Positions 1-15,000 of a DNA stretch of 64,000 nt are shown one piece after another; within the stretch, counting starts at the first letter, position 1, and every line of letters starts with the position of its first letter. The notes beneath the pieces were generated by a model. That model had not been told where the DNA came from. It saw only the letters and a list, made by a program, of their open reading frames with translations, and made no database searches. This DNA comes from Eledone cirrhosa (Eukaryota): assembly GCA_964016885.1 (NCBI GenBank), contig OZ024741.1, positions 224,812,001-224,876,000 of the forward strand, read 5' to 3'. The position numbers and the translations under genes were made by a program.

Positions 1-3000
1 TTAGTATTGTTGTTGATTGGGTGGGGTTTGTGGTGGTTAGTATTGTTGTTGTTGATTAGTTGGGGTTTGTGTTGGTTAGTATTGTTGTTGTTGATTGGTT
101 GGGGTTTGTGGTGGTTAGTATTTTTGTTGTTGATTGGTTGGGGTTTGTGGTGGTTAGTATTGCTGTTGTTGATTGGTTGGGGTTTGTGGTGATTAGTATT
201 GTTGTTGTTGATTAGTTGGGGTTTGTGGTGGTTAGTATTGTTGTTGTTGATTGGTTGGGGTTTGTGGTGGTTAGTATTGTTGTTGTTGATTAGTTGGGGT
301 TAGTGGTGGTTAGTATTGTTGTTGTTGATTGGTTGGGGTTTGTGGTGGTTGTTATTGTTGTTGTTGATTGGTTGGGGTTTGTGGTGGTTAGTATTATTGT
401 TGTTGATTAGTTAGGGTTTGTGGTGGTTAGTATTGTTGTTGGTGATTGGTTGGGGTTTGTGGTGGTTAGTATTGTTGTTGTTGATTGGTTGGGGTTGGTA
501 GTGGTTAGTATTGTTGTTGTTGATTGGTTGGGGTTTGTGGTTATTAGTATTGTTGTTGTTGATTGGTTGTGGTTTGTGGTGGTTAGAATTGTTGTTGTTG
601 ATTAGTTGGGGTTAGTGGTGGTTAGTATTGTTGTTGTTGATTGGTTGGGTTTTGTGGTGGTTAGTATTGTTGTTGATTGGTTGGTTGGAGTTTGTGGTGG
701 TTAGTATTGTTGTTGTTGATTGGTTGGGGTTTGTGGTGGTTAGTATTGTTGTTGTTGATTGGTTGGGGTTGGTGGTGGTTAGTATTGTTGTCATTGATTG
801 GTTGGGATTTGTGGTGGTTAGTATTGTTGTTGTTGATTAGTTGGGGTTTGTGGTGGTTAGTATTGTTGTTGTTGATTGGCTGGGGTTTGTGGTGGTTAGT
901 ATTGTTGTTGTTGATTGGTTGGGGTTGGAGGTGGTTAGTATTGTTGTTGTTGATTGGTTGGGGTTTGTGGTGGTTGTTATTGTTGTTGTTGATTGGTTGG
1001 GGTTTGTGGTGGTTTGTATTGTTGTTGTTGATTAGTTAGGGTTTGTGGTGGTTAGTATTGTTGTTGGTGATTGGTTGGGGTTTGTGGTGGTTAGTATTGT
1101 TGTTGTTGATTGGTTGGGGTTGGCAGTGGTTAGTATTGTTGTTGTTGATTGGTTGGGGTTTGTGGTTATTAGTATTGTTGTTGTTGATTGGTTGGGGTTT
1201 GTGGTGGTTAGTATTGTTGTTGTTGATTGGTTGGGTTTTGTGGTGGTTAGTATTGTTGTTGTTGATCGTTGGGGTTGGTGGTGGTTAGTGTTGTTGTTGA
1301 TTGGTTGGGGTTGGTGATGGTTAGTATTGTTGTTGTTGATTGGTAGGGGTTTGTGGTGGTTCGTATTGTTGTTGTTGATTGGTTGGGGTTTGTGGTGGTT
1401 AGTATTGTTGTTGTTGATTGGTTGGGGTTGGTGGTGGTTAGTATTGTTGTTGTTGATTGGTTGGGGTTTGAGGTGGTTAGTATTGTTGTTGTTGTTGATT
1501 AGCTGGGGTTTGTGGTGGTTAGTATTGTTGTTGGTGATTGGTTGGGGTTTGTGGTGGTTAGTATTGTTGTTGTTGATTGGTTGGGTTTGGTAGTGGTTAG
1601 TATTGTTGTTGTTGATTGGTTGGGGTTTGTGGTTATTAGTATTGTTGTTGTTGATTGGTTGGGGTTTGTGGTGGTTAGTATTGTTGTTGTTGATTGGTTG
1701 GTGTTTGTGGTGGTTAGTATTTTTGTTGGTGATTGGTTGGGGTTTGTGGTGGTTAGTATTGTTGGTGGTGATTGGTTGGTGTTTGGTGGTTAGTATTGTT
1801 GTTGTCGATTGGTTGGGGTTGGTAGTGGTTAGTATTTTTGTTGTTGATTGGTTGGGGTTTGTGGTGGTTAGTATTGTTGTTGTTGATTGGTTGGGGTTTG
1901 TGGTGGTTAGTATTGTTGTTTTTGATTGGTTGACGTTTGTGGTGGTTAGTATTGTTGTTGTTGATTGGTTGGGGTTTGTGGTGGTTAGTATTGTTGTTGT
2001 TGATTGGTTGCGGTTGGTGGTGGTTAGTATTGTTGTTGATTGGTTGGGGTTTGTGGTGGTTAGTATTGTTGTTGTTGATTGGTTGGCATTTGTGGTGGTT
2101 AGTATTGTTGTTGTTGATTGGTTGGGGTTTGTGGTGGTTAGTATTGTTGTTGATTGGTTGGGATTTGTGGTGGATAGTATTGTTGTTGATGATTGGTTGG
2201 TGTTTGTGGTGGTTAGTATTTTTGTTGTTGATTGGTTGGGGTTTGTGGTGGTTAGTATTGTTGTTGTTGATTAGTTGGGGTTTGTGGTGGTTAGTATTGT
2301 TGTTGTTGATTGGTTGGGGTTTGTGGTGATTAGTATTGTTGTTGTTGATTAGTTGGGGTTTGTGGTGGTTAGTATTGTTGTTGTTGATTGGTTGGGGTTT
2401 GTGGTGGTTAGTATTGTTGTTGTTGATTGGTTGCGGTTTGTGTTGGTTAGTATTGTTGTTGTTGATTGGTTGGTGTTTGTGGTTATTAGTATTGTTGTTG
2501 ATTGGTTGGGGTTTGTGATGGTTAGTATTATTATTGTTGATTAGTTGGTGTTTGTGGTGGTTAGTATTTTTGTTGTTGATTGGTTGGGGTTTGTGGTGGT
2601 TAGTATTGTTGTTGTTGATTAGTTGGGGTTTGTGGTGGTTAGTATTGTTGTTGTTGATTGGTTGGGGTTTGTGGTGATTAGTATTGTTGTTGTTGATTAG
2701 TTGGGGTTTGTGGTGGTTAGTATTGTTGTTGTTGATTGGTTGGGGTTGGTTAGTGGTTAGTATTTTTGTTGTTGATTGGTTGGGGTTTGTGGTTATTAGT
2801 ATTGTTGTTGTTGATTGGTTGGGGTTTGTGGTGGTTAGTATTATTTTTGTTGATTAGTTGGGGTTTGTGGTGGTTAGTATTGTTGGTGTTGATTGGTTGG
2901 GGTTTGTGGTGATTAGTATTGTTGTTGTTGATTGGTTGGGTTGGTGGTGGTTAGTATTGTTGTTGTTGATTAGTTGGGGTTTGTGGTGATTAGTATAGTT

Positions 3001-6000
3001 GTTGTTGATTGGTTGGGGTTTGTGGTGGTTAGTATTGTTGTTTTTGATTGGTTGGCGTTTGTGGTGGTTAGTATTGTTGTTGTTGATTGGTTGGGGTTTG
3101 TGGTGGTTAGTATTGTTGTTGTTGATTGGTTGCGGTTGGTGGTGGTTAGTATTGTTGTTGATTGGTTGGGGTTTGTGGTGGTTAGTATTGTTGTTGTTGA
3201 TTGGTTGGCATTTGTGGTGGTTAGTATTGTTGTTGTTGATTGGTTGGGGTTTGTGGTGGTTAGTATTGTTGTTGTTGATTGGTTGGGGTTTGTGGTGGTT
3301 AGTATTTTTGTTGTTGATTGGTTGGGGTTTGTGGTGGTTAGTATTGTTGTTGTTTATTAGTTGTGGTCTGTGGTGGTTAGTATTGTTGTTTTTGATTGGT
3401 TGGGGGTTGTGGTGGTTAGTATTGTTGTTGTTGATTGGTTGGGGTTGGTAGAGGTTAGTATTGTTGTTGTTGATTGGTTGGGGTTTGTGGTTATTAGTAT
3501 TGTTGTTGTTGATTGGTTGGGGTTTGTGGTGGTTAGTATTGTTTTTGTTGATTAGTTGGGGTTTGTGGTGGTTAGTATTGTTGTTGTTGATTAGTTGGGG
3601 TTTGTGGTGGTTAGTATTATTTTTGTTGATTAGTTGGGGTTTGTGGTGGTTAGTATTGTTGGTGTTGATTGGTTGGGGTTTGTGGTGGTTAGTATTGTTG
3701 TTGTTGATTGGTTGGCATTTGTGGTGGTTAGTATTGTTGTTGTTGATTGGTTGGGATTTGTGGTGGTTAGTATTGTTGTTGTTGATTGGTTGGGCTTGTG
3801 GTGGTTAGTATTGTTGTTGTTGATTGGTTGGGGTTTGTGGTGGTTAGTATTGTTGTTGATTGGTTGGGGTTTGTGGTGGTTAGAATTGTTGTTGATTGGT
3901 TGGGGTTTGTGGTGGTTAGTATTGTTGTTGATTGGGTGGGGTTTGTGGTGGTTAGTATTGTTGTTGTTGATTAGTTGGGGTTTGTGTTGGTTAGTATTGT
4001 TGTTGTTGATTGGTTGGGGTTTGTGGTGGTTAGTATTTTTGTTGTTGATTGGTTGGGGTTTGTGGTGGTTAGTATTGCTGTTGTTGATTGGTTGGGGTTT
4101 GTGGTGATTAGTATTGTTGTTGTTGATTAGTTGGGGTTTGTGGTGGTTAGTATTGTTGTTGTTGATTGGTTGGGGTTTGTGGTGGTTAGTATTGTTGTTG
4201 TTGATTAGTTGGGGTTAGTGGTGGTTAGTATTGTTGTTGTTGATTGGTTGGGGTTTGTGGTGGTTGTTATTGTTGTTGTTGATTGGTTGGGGTTTGTGGT
4301 GGTTAGTATTATTGTTGTTGATTAGTTAGGGTTTGTGGTGGTTAGTATTGTTGTTGGTGATTGGTTGGGGTTTGTGGTGGTTAGTATTGTTGTTGTTGAT
4401 TGGTTGGGGTTGGTAGTGGTTAGTATTGTTGTTGTTGATTGGTTGGGGTTTGTGGTTATTAGTATTGTTGTTGTTGATTGGTTGGGGTTTGTGGTGGTTA
4501 GAATTGTTGTTGTTGATTAGTTGGGGTTAGTGGTGGTTAGTATTGTTGTTGTTGATTGGTTGGGTTTTGTGGTGGTTAGTATTGTTGTTGATTGGTTGGT
4601 TGGGGTTTGTGGTGGTTAGTATTGTTGTTGTTGATTGGTTGGGGTTTGTGGTGGTTAGTATTGTTGTTGTTGATTGGTTGGGGTTGGTGGTGGTTAGTAT
4701 TGTTGTCATTGATTGGTTGGGATTTGTGGTGGTTAGTATTGTTGTTGTTGATTAGTTGGGGTTTGTGGTGGTTAGTATTGTTGTTGTTGATTGGCTGGGG
4801 TTTGTGGTGGTTAGTATTGTTGTTGTTGATTGGTTGGGGTTGGAGGTGGTTAGTATTGTTGTTGTTGATTGGTTGGGGTTTGTGGTGGTTGTTATTGTTG
4901 TTGTTGATTGGTTAGGGTTTGTGGTGGTTTGTATTGTTGTTGTTGATTAGTTAGGGTTTGTGGTGGTTAGTATTGTTGTTGGTGATTGGTTGGGGTTTGT
5001 GGCGGTTAGTATTGTTGTTGTTGATTGGTTGGGGTTGGCAGTGGTTAGTATTGTTGTTGTTGATTGGTTGGGGTTTGTGGTTATTAGTATTGTTGTTGTT
5101 GATTGGTTGGGGTTTGTGGTGGTTAGTATTGTTGTTGTTGATTGGTTGGGTTTTGTGGTGGTTAGTATTGTTGTTGTTGATCGTTGGGGTTGGTGGTGGT
5201 TAGTGTTGTTGTTGATTGGTTGGGGTTGGTGATGGTTAGTATTGTTGTTGTTGATTGGTAGGGGTTTGTGGTGGTTCGTATTGTTGTTGTTGATTGGTTG
5301 GGGTTTGTGGTGGTTAGTATTGTTGTTGTTGATTGGTTGGGGTTGGTGGTGGTTAGTATTGTTGTTGTTGATTGGTTGGGGTTTGAGGTGGTTAGTATTG
5401 TTGTTGTTGTTGATTAGCTGGGGTTTGTGGTGGTTAGTATTGTTGTTGGTGATTGGTTGGGGTTTGTGGTGGTTAGTATTGTTGTTGTTGATTGGTTGGG
5501 TTTGGTAGTGGTTAGTATTGTTGTTGTTGATTGGTTGGGGTTTGTGGTTATTTGTATTGTTGTTGTTGATTGGTTGGGGTTTGTGGTGGTTAGTATTGTT
5601 GTTGTTGATTGGTTGGTGTTTGTGGTGGTTAGTATTTTTGTTGGTGATTGGTTGGGGTTTGTGGTGGTTAGTATTGTTGGTGGTGATTGGTTGGTGTTTG
5701 GTGGTTAGTATTGTTGTTGTCGATTGGTTGGGGTTGGTAGTGGTTAGTATTTTTGTTGTTGATTGGTTGGGGTTTGTGGTGGTTAGTATTGTTGTTGTTG
5801 ATTGGTTGGGGTTTGTGGTGGTTAGTATTGTTGTTTTTGATTGGTTGACGTTTGTGGTGGTTAGTATTGTTGTTGTTGATTGGTTGGGGTTTGTGGTGGT
5901 TAGTATTGTTGTTGTTGATTGGTTGCGGTTGGTGGTGGTTAGTATTGTTGTTGATTGGTTGGGGTTTGTGGTGGTTAGTATTGTTGTTGTTGATTGGTTG

Positions 6001-9000
6001 GCATTTGTGGTGGTTAGTATTGTTGTTGTTGATTGGTTGGGGTTTGTGGTGGTTAGTATTGTTGTTGTTGATTGGTTGGGGTTTGTGGTGGTTAGTATTG
6101 TTGTTGATTGGTTGGGATTTGTGGTGGATAGTATTGTTGTTGATGATTGGTTGGTGTTTGTGGTGGTTAGTATTTTTGTTGTTGATTGGTTGGGGTTTGT
6201 GGTGGTTAGTATTGTTGTTGTTGATTAGTTGGGGTTTGTGGTGGTTAGTATTGTTGTTGTTGATTGGTTGGGGTTTGTGGTGATTAGTATTGTTGTTGTT
6301 GATTAGTTGGGGTTTGTGGTGGTTAGTATTGTTGTTGTTGATTGGTTGGGGTTTGTGGTGGTTAGTATTGTTGTTGTTGATTGGTTGGGGTTTGTGTTGG
6401 TTAGTATTGTTGTTGTTGATTGGTTGGTGTTTGTGGTTATTAGTATTGTTGTTGATTGGTTGGGGTTTGTGATGGTTAGTATTATTATTGTTGATTAGTT
6501 GGTGTTTGTGGTGGTTAGTATTTTTGTTGTTGATTGGTTGGGGTTTGTGGTGGTTAGTATTGTTGTTGTTGATTAGTTGGGGTTTGTGGTGGTTAGTATT
6601 GTTGTTGTTGATTGGTTGGGGTTTGTGGTGATTAGTATTGTTGTTGTTGATTAGTTGGGGTTTGTGGTGGTTAGTATTGTTGTTGTTGATTGGTTGGGGT
6701 TGGTAGTGGTTAGTATTTTTGTTGTTGATTGGTTGGGGTTTGTGGTTATTAGTATTGTTGTTGTTGATTGGTTGGGGTTTGTGGTGGTTAGTATTATTTT
6801 TGTTGATTAGTTGGGGTTTGTGGTGGTTAGTATTGTTGGTGTTGATTGGTTGGGGTTTGTGGTGATTAGTATTGTTGTTGTTGATTGGTTGGGTTGGTGG
6901 TGGTTAGTATTGTTGTTGTTGATTAGTTGGGGTTTGTGGTGATTAGTATAGTTGTTGTTGATTGGTTGGGGTTTGTGGTGGTTAGTATTGTTGTTTTTGA
7001 TTGGTTGGCGTTTGTGGTGGTTAGTATTGTTGTTGTTGATTGGTTGGGGTTTGTGGTGGTTAGTATTGTTGTTGTTGATTGGTTGCGGTTGGTGGTGGTT
7101 AGTATTGTTGTTGATTGGTTGGGGTTTGTGGTGGTTAGTATTGTTGTTGTTGATTGGTTGGCATTTGTTGTGGTTAGTATTGTTGTTGTTGATTGGTTGG
7201 GGTTTGTGGTGGTTAGTATTGTTGTTGTTGATTGGTTGGGGTTTGTGGTGGTTAGTATTTTTGTTGTTGATTGGTTGGGGTTTGTGGTGGTTAGTATTGT
7301 TGTTGTTTATTAGTTGTGGTCTGTGGTGGTTAGTATTGTTGTTTTTGATTGGTTGGGGGTTGTGGTGGTTAGTATTGTTGTTGTTGATTGGTTGGGGTTG
7401 GTAGTGGTTAGTATTGTTGTTGTTGATTGGTTGGGGTTTGTGGTTATTAGTATTGTTGTTGTTGATTGGTTGGGGTTTGTGGTGGTTAGTATTGTTTTTG
7501 TTGATTAGTTGGGGTTTGTGGTGGTTAGTATTGTTGTTGTTGATTAGTTGGGGTTTGTGGTGGTTAGTATAGTTGTTGATTGGTTGGTTGGGGTTTGTGG
7601 TGGTTAGTATTGTTGTTGATTGGTTGGTTGGGGTTTGTGGTGGTTAGTATTGTTGTTGTTGATTGGTTGGGGTTTGTGGTGGTTAGTATTGTTGTTGTTG
7701 ATTAGTTGGGGTTTGTGGTGGTTAGTATAGTTGTTGATTGGTTGGTTGGGGTTTGTGGTGGTTAGTATTGTTGTTGATTGGTTGGTTGGGGTTTGTGGTG
7801 GTTAGTATTGTTGTCGTTGATTGGTTGGGATTTGTGGTGGTTAGTATTGTTGTTGTTGATTGGTTGGGCTTGTGGTGGTTAGTATTGTTGTTGTTGATTG
7901 GTTTGGGTTTGTGGTGGTTAGTATTGTTGTTGATTGGTTGGGGTTTGTGGTGGTTAGAATTGTTGTTGATTGGTTGGGGTTGGTGGTGGTTAGTATTGTT
8001 GTTGATGATTGGTTGGTGTTGGTGGTGGTTACTATTGTTGTTGATTGGTTGGTTGCGGTTTGTGGTGGTTAGTATTGTTGTTGTTGATTAGTTGGGGTTT
8101 GTGTTGGTTAGTATTGTTGTTGTTGATTGGTTGGAGTTGGTGGTGGTTAGTATTGTTGTCGTTGATTGGTTGGGATTTGTGGTGGTTAGTATTGTTGTTG
8201 TTGATTGGTTGGGCTTGTGGTGGTTAGTATTGTTGTTGTTGATTGGTTGGGGTTTGTGGTGGTTAGTATTGTTGTTGATTGGTTGGGGTTTGTGGTGGTT
8301 AGAATTGTTGTTGATTGGTTGGGGTTTGTGGTGGTTAGTATTGTTGTTGATTGGTTGGGGTTTGTTGTGGTTAGTATTGTTGTTGTTGATTAGTTGGGGT
8401 TTGTGGTGGTTAGTATTGTTGTTGTTGATTAGTTGGGGTTTGTGGTGGTTAGTATTGTTGTTGTTGATTGGTTGGGGTTTGTGGTGGTTAGTATCGTTGT
8501 TGTTGATTAGTTGGGGTTTGTGGTGGTTAGTATTGTTGTTGTTGATTGGTTTGGGTTTGTGGTGGTTAGTATTGTTGTTGTTCATTGGTTGGGGTTGGAG
8601 GTGGTTAGTATTGTCGTTGTTGATTGGTTGGGGTTTGTGGTGGTTGTTATTGTTGTTGTTGATTGGTTGGGGTTTGTGGTGGTTAGTATTGTTGTTGTTG
8701 ATTAGTTAGGGTTTGTGGTGGTTAGTATTGTTGTTGGTGATTAGTTGGGGTTTGTGGTGGTTAGTATTGTTGTTGTTGATTGGTTGGGGTTGGTAGTGGT
8801 TAGTATTGTTGTTGTTGATTGGTTGGGGTTTGTGGTTATTAGTATTGTTGTTGTTGATTGGTTGGGGTTTGTGGTGGTTAGTATTGTTGTTGTTTATTAG
8901 TTGGGGTTTGTGGTGGTTAGTATTGTTGTTGTTGATTGGTTGGGGTTTGTGGTTATTAGTATTGTTGTTGTTGATTGGTTGGGGTTTGTGGTGGTTAGTA

Positions 9001-12000
9001 TTGTTGTTGTTGATTGGTTGCGGTTGGTGGTGGTTAGTATTGTTGTTGATTGGTTGGGGTTTGTGGTGGTTAGTATTGTTGTTGTTGATTGGTTGGCATT
9101 TGTGGTGGTTAGTATTGTTGTTGTTGATTGGTTGGGGTTTGTGGTGGTTAGTATTGTTGTTGATTGGTTGGGGTTTGTGGTGGTTAGTATTTTTGTTGTT
9201 GATTGGTAGGGGTTTGTGGTGGTTAGTATTGTTGTTGTTTATTAGTTGTGGTCTGTGGTGGTTAGTATTGTTGTTTTTGATTGGTTGGGGGTTGTGGTGG
9301 TTAGTATTGTTGTTGTTGATTGGTTGGGGTTGGTAGTGGTTAGTATTGTTGTTGTTGATTGGTTGGGGTTTGTGGTTATTAGTATTGTTGTTGTTGATTG
9401 GTTGGGGTTTGTGGTGGTTAGTATTGTTTTTGTCGATTAGTTGGGGTTTGTGGTGGTTAGTATTGTTGTTGTTGATTAGTTGGGGTTTGTGGTGGTTAGT
9501 ATAGTTGTTGATTGGTTGGTTGGGGTTTGTGGTGGTTAGTATTGTTGTTGATTGGTTGGTTGGGGTTTGTGGTGGTTAGTATTGTTGTTGTTGATTGGTT
9601 GGGGTTTGTGGTGGTTAGTATTGTTGTTGTTGATTAGTTGGGGTTTGTGGTGGTTAGTATAGTTGTTGATTGGTTGGTTGGGGTTTGTGGTGGTTAGTAT
9701 TGTTGTTGATTGGTTGGTTGGGGTTTGTGGTGGTTAGTATTGTTGTTGTTGATTGGTTGGGTTGGTGGTGGTTAGTATTGTTGTCGATTGGTTGGTTGGG
9801 TTTTGTGGGGGTTAGTATTGTTGTTGATTGGTTGGGGTTGGTGGTGGTTAGTATTGTTGTTGTTGATTGGTTGTTGTTGGTGGTGGTTACTATTGTTGTT
9901 GATTGGTTGGTTGCGGTTTGTGGTGGTTAGTATTGTTGTTGTTGATTAGTTGGGGTTTGTGTTGGTTAGTATTGTTGTTGTTGATTGGTTGGAGTTGGTG
10001 GTGGTTAGTATTGTTGTCGTTGATTGGTTGGGATTTGTGGTGGTTAGTATTGTTGTTGTTGATTGGTTGGGCTTGTGGTGGTTAGTATTGTTGTTGTTGA
10101 TTGGTTGGGGTTTGTGGTGGTTAGTATTGTTGTTGATTGGTTGGGGTTTGTGGTGGTTAGAATTGTTGTTGATTGGTTGGGGTTTGTGGTGGTTAGTATT
10201 GTTGTTGATTGGTTGGGGTTTGTTGTGGTTAGTATTGTTGTTGTTGATTGGTTGGGGTTTGTGGTGGGTAGTATTGTTGTTGTTGATTAGTTGGGGTTTG
10301 TGGTGGTTAGTATTGTTGTTGTTGATTGGTTGGGGTTTGTGGCGGTTAGTATCGTTGTTGTTGATTAGTTGGGGTTTGTGGTGGTTAGTATTGTTGTTGT
10401 TGATTGGTTTGGGTTTGTGGTGGTTAGTATTGTTGTTGTTCATTGGTTGGGGTTGGAGGTGGTTAGTATTGTTGTTGTTGATTGGTTGGGGTTTGTGGTG
10501 GTTGTTATTGTTGTTGTTGATTGGTTGGGGTTTGTGGTGGTTAGTATTGTTGTTGTTGATTAGTTAGGGTTTGTGGTGGTTAGTATTGTTGTTGGTGATT
10601 AGTTGGGGTTTGTGGTGGTTAGTATTGTTGTTGTTGATTGGTTGGGGTTGGTAGTGGTTAGTATTGTTGTTGTTGATTGGTTGGGGTTTGTGGTTATTAG
10701 TATTGTTGTTGTTGATTGGTTGGGGTTTGTGGTGGTTAGTATTGTTGTTGTTTATTAGTTGGGGTTTGTGGTGGTTAGTATTGTTGTTGTTGATTGGTTG
10801 GGGTTGGTGGTGGTTAGTATTGTTGTTGTTCATTGTTTGGGGTTTGTGGTGGTTAGTATTGTTGTTGTTCATTGGTTGGGGTTTCTGGTGGTTAGTATTG
10901 TTGTTGTTGATTGGTTGGGGTTTGTGGTGGTTAGTACTGTTGTTGTTGATTGCTTGGGTTTTGTGGTGGTTAGTATTGTTGTTGTTGATCGGTTGGGTTG
11001 GTGGTGGTTAGTATTGTTGTTGTTGATTAGTTGGGGTTTGTGGTGGTTATTATAGTTGTTGATTGGTTTGTTGGGGTTTGTGGTGGTTAGTATTGTTTTT
11101 GATTGGTTGGGGTTTGTAGTGGTTAGTATTGTTGTTGTTGATTGGTTGGGGTTTGTGGTGGTTGTTATTGTTGTTGTTGATTGGTTGGGGTTTGTGGTGG
11201 TTAGTATTGTTGTTGTTGATTAGTTAGGGTTTGTGGTGGTTAGTATTGTTGTTGGTGATTGGTTGGGGTTTGTGGTGGTTAGTATTGTTGTTGATTGGTT
11301 GGGGTTTGTGGTGGTTAGTATTGTTGTTGTTGATTGGTTGTGTTTTGTGGTGTTTAGTATTGTTGTTTTTGATTGGTTGAGGTTTGTGGTGATTAGTATT
11401 GTTGTTGTTGATTGGTTGGGTTGGTGGTGGTTAGTATTGTTGTTGTTGATTAGTTGGGGTTTGTGGTGGTTAGTATCGTTGTTGTTGATTGGTCAGGGTT
11501 TGTGGTGGTTCGTATTGTTGTTTTTGATAGGTTGGGGTTTTAGGTGTTTAGTATTGTTGTTGTTGATTGGATGCGGTTGGTGGTGGTTAGTATTGTTGTT
11601 GATTGGTTGGGGTTTGTGGTGGTTAGTATTGTTGTCGTTGATTGGTAGGCATTTGTGGTGGTTAGTATTGTTGTTGTTGATTGGTTGGGGTTTGTGGTGG
11701 TTAGTATTGTTGTTGTTGATTGGTTGGGGTTTGTGGTGGTTAGTATTGTTGTTGATTGGTTGGTTGGGGTTTGTGGTGGATAGTATTGTTGTTGTTGATT
11801 GGTTGGGGTTTGTGGTGGTTAGTATTGTTGTTGTTGATTAGTTGGGGTTTGTGGTGGTTAGTATAGTTGTTGATTGGTTGGTTGGGGTTTGTGGTGGTTA
11901 GTATTGTTGTTGATTGGTTGGTTGGGGTTTGTGGTGGTTAGTATTGTTGTTGTTGATTGGTTGGGGTTTGTGGTGGTTAGTATTGTTGTTGTTGATTAGT

Positions 12001-15000
12001 TGGGGTTTGTGGTGGTTAGTATAGTTGTTGATTGGTTGGTTGGGGTTTGTGGTGGTTAGTATTGTTGTTGATTGGTTGGTTGGGGTTTGTGGTGGTTAGT
12101 ATTGTTGTTGTTGATTGGTTGGGTTGGTGGTGGTTAGTATTGTTGTCGATTGGTTGGTTGGGGTTTGTGGGGGTTAGTATTGTTGTTGATTGGTTGGGGT
12201 TGGTGGTGGTTAGTATTGTTGTTGTTGATTGGTTGGTGTTGGTGGTGGTTACTATTGTTGTTGATTGGTTGGTTGCGGTTTGTGGTGGTTAGTATTGTTG
12301 TTGTTGATTAGTTGGGGTTTGTGTTGGTTAGTATTGTTGTTGTTGATTGGTTGGGGTTGGTGGTGGTTAGTATTGTTGTCGTTGATTGGTTGGACTTGTG
12401 CTGGTTAGTATTATTGTTGTTGATTGGTTGGGGTTTGTGGTGGTTAGTATTGTTGTTGATTGGTTGGGGTTTGTGGTGGTTAGAATTGTTGTTGATTGGT
12501 TGGGGTTTGTGGTGGTTAGTATTGTTGTTGATTGGTTGGGATTTGTGGTGGTTAGTATTGTTGTTGTTGATTGGTTGGGGTTTGTGGTGGTTAGTATTGT
12601 TGTTATTGATTAGTTGGGGTTTGTGGTGGTTAGTATTGTTGTTGTTGATTGGGTGGGGTTTGTGGTGGTTAGTATCGTTGTTGTTGATTAGTTGGGGTTT
12701 GTGGTGGTTAGTATTGTTGTTGTTGATTGGTTGGGGTTTGTGGTGGTTAGTATTGTTGTTGTTCATTGGTTGGGGTTGGAGGTGGTTAGTATTGTTGTTG
12801 TTGATTGGTTGGGGTTTGTGGTGGTTGTTATTGTTGTTGTTGATTGGTTGGGGTTTGTGGTGGTTAGTATTGTTGTTGTTGATTAGTTAGGGTTTGTGGT
12901 GGTTAGTATTGTTGTTGGTGATTGGTTGGGGTTTGTGGTGGTTAGTATTGTTGTTGTTGATTGGTTGGGGTTGGTAGTGGTTAGTATTGTTGTTGTTGAT
13001 TGGTTGGGGTTTGTGGTTATTAGTATTGTTGTTGTTGATTGGTTGGGGTTTGTGGTGGTTAGTATTGTTGTTGTTTATTAGTTGGGGTTTGTGGTGGTTA
13101 GTATTGTTGTTGTTGATTGGTTGGGGTTGGTGGTGGTTAGTATTGTTGTTGTTCATTGTTTGGGGTTTGTGGTGGTTAGTATTGTTGTTGTTCATTGGTT
13201 GGGGTTTCTGGTGGTTAGTATTGTTGTTGTTGATTGGTTGGGGTTTGTGGTGGTTAGTACTGTTGTTGTTGATTGCTTGGGTTTTGTGGTGGTTAGCATT
13301 GTTGTTGTTGATCGGTTGGGTTGGTGGTGGTTAGTATTGTTGTTGTTGATTAGTTGGGGTTTGTGGTGGTTATTATAGTTGTTGATTGGTTGGTTGGGGT
13401 TTGTGGTGGTTAGTATTGTTTTTGATTGGTTGGGGTTTGTGGTGGTTAGTATTGTTGTTGTTGATTGGTTGGGGTTTGTGGTGGTTGTTATTGTTGTTGT
13501 TGATTGGTTGGGGTTTGTGGTGGTTAGTATTGTTGTTGTTGATTAGTTAGGGTTTGTGGTGGTTAGTATTGTTGTTGGTGATTGGTTGGGGTTTGTGGTG
13601 GTTAGTATTGTTGTTGATTGGTTGGGGTTTGTGGTGGTTAGTATTGTTGTTGTTGATTGGTTGGGTTTTGTGGTGTTTAGTATTGTTGTTTTTGATTGGT
13701 TGAGGTTTGTGGTGATTAGTATTGTTGTTGTTGATTGGTTGGGTTGGTGGTGGTTAGTATTGTTGTTGTTGATTAGTTGGGGTTTGTGGTGGTTAGTATC
13801 GTTGTTGTTGATTGGTCAGGGTTTGTGGTGGTTTGTATTGTTGTTTTTGATTGGTTGGGGTTTTAGGTGGTTAGTATTGTTGTTGTTGATTGGATGCGGT
13901 TGGTGGTGGTTAGTATTGTTGTTGATTGGTTGGGGTTTGGGTGGTTAGTATTGTTGTTGTTGATTGGTTGGCATTTGTGGTGGTTAGTATTGTTGTTGTT
14001 GATTGGTTGGGGTTTGTGGTGGTTAGTATTGTTGTTGTTGATTGGTTGGGGTTTGTGGTGGTTAGTATTGTTGTTGATTGGTTGGGATTTGTGGTGGATA
14101 GTATTGTTGTTGTTGATTGGTTGGGTTTTGTGGTGGTTAGTATTATTGTTGTTGATTAGTTGGGGTTTGTCGTGGTTAGTATTGTTGTTGGTGATTGGGT
14201 GGGGTTTGTGGTGGTTAGTATTGATGTTGTTGATTGGTTGGGGTTGGTAGTGGTTAGTATTGTTGTTGTTGATTGGTTGGGGTTTGTGGTTATTAGTATT
14301 GTTGTTGTTGATTGGTTGGGGTTTGTGGTGGTTAGTATTGTTGTTGTTGATTAGTTGGGGTTTGTGGTGGTTAGTATCGTTGTTGTTGATTGGTTGGGGT
14401 TTCTGGTGGTTAGTATTGTTGTTGTTGATTGGTTGGGGTTTGTGGTGGTTAGTATTGTTGTTGTTGATTGGTTGGGTTTTGTGGTGCTTAGTATTGTTGT
14501 TGTTGATTGGTTGGGGTTTGTGGTGATTAGTATTGTTGTTGTTGATTGGTTGGGTTGGTGGTGGTTAGTATTGTTGTTGTTGATTAGTTGGGGTTTGTGG
14601 TGGTTAGTATTGTTGTTGATTGGTTGGTTGGGGTTTGTGTTGGTTAGTATTGTTGTTGATTGGTTGGTTGGGGTTTGTGGTGGTTAGTATTGTTGTTGTT
14701 GATTGGTTGGGGTTTGTGGTGGTTAGTATTGTTGTTGTTGATTAGTTGGGGTTTGTGTTGGTTAGTATTGTTGTTGTTGATTGGTTGGGGTTGGTGGTGG
14801 TTAGTATTGTTGTCGTTTATTGGTTGGGATTTTTGGTGGTTAGTATTGTTGTTGTTGATTGGTTGGGCTTGTGGTGGTTAGTATTGTTGTTGTTGATTGG
14901 TTGGGGTTTTGGGTGGTTAGTATTGTTGTTGATTGGTTGGGGTTTGTGGTGGTTAGAATTGTTGTTGATTGGTTGGGGTTTGTGGTGGTTAGTATTGTTG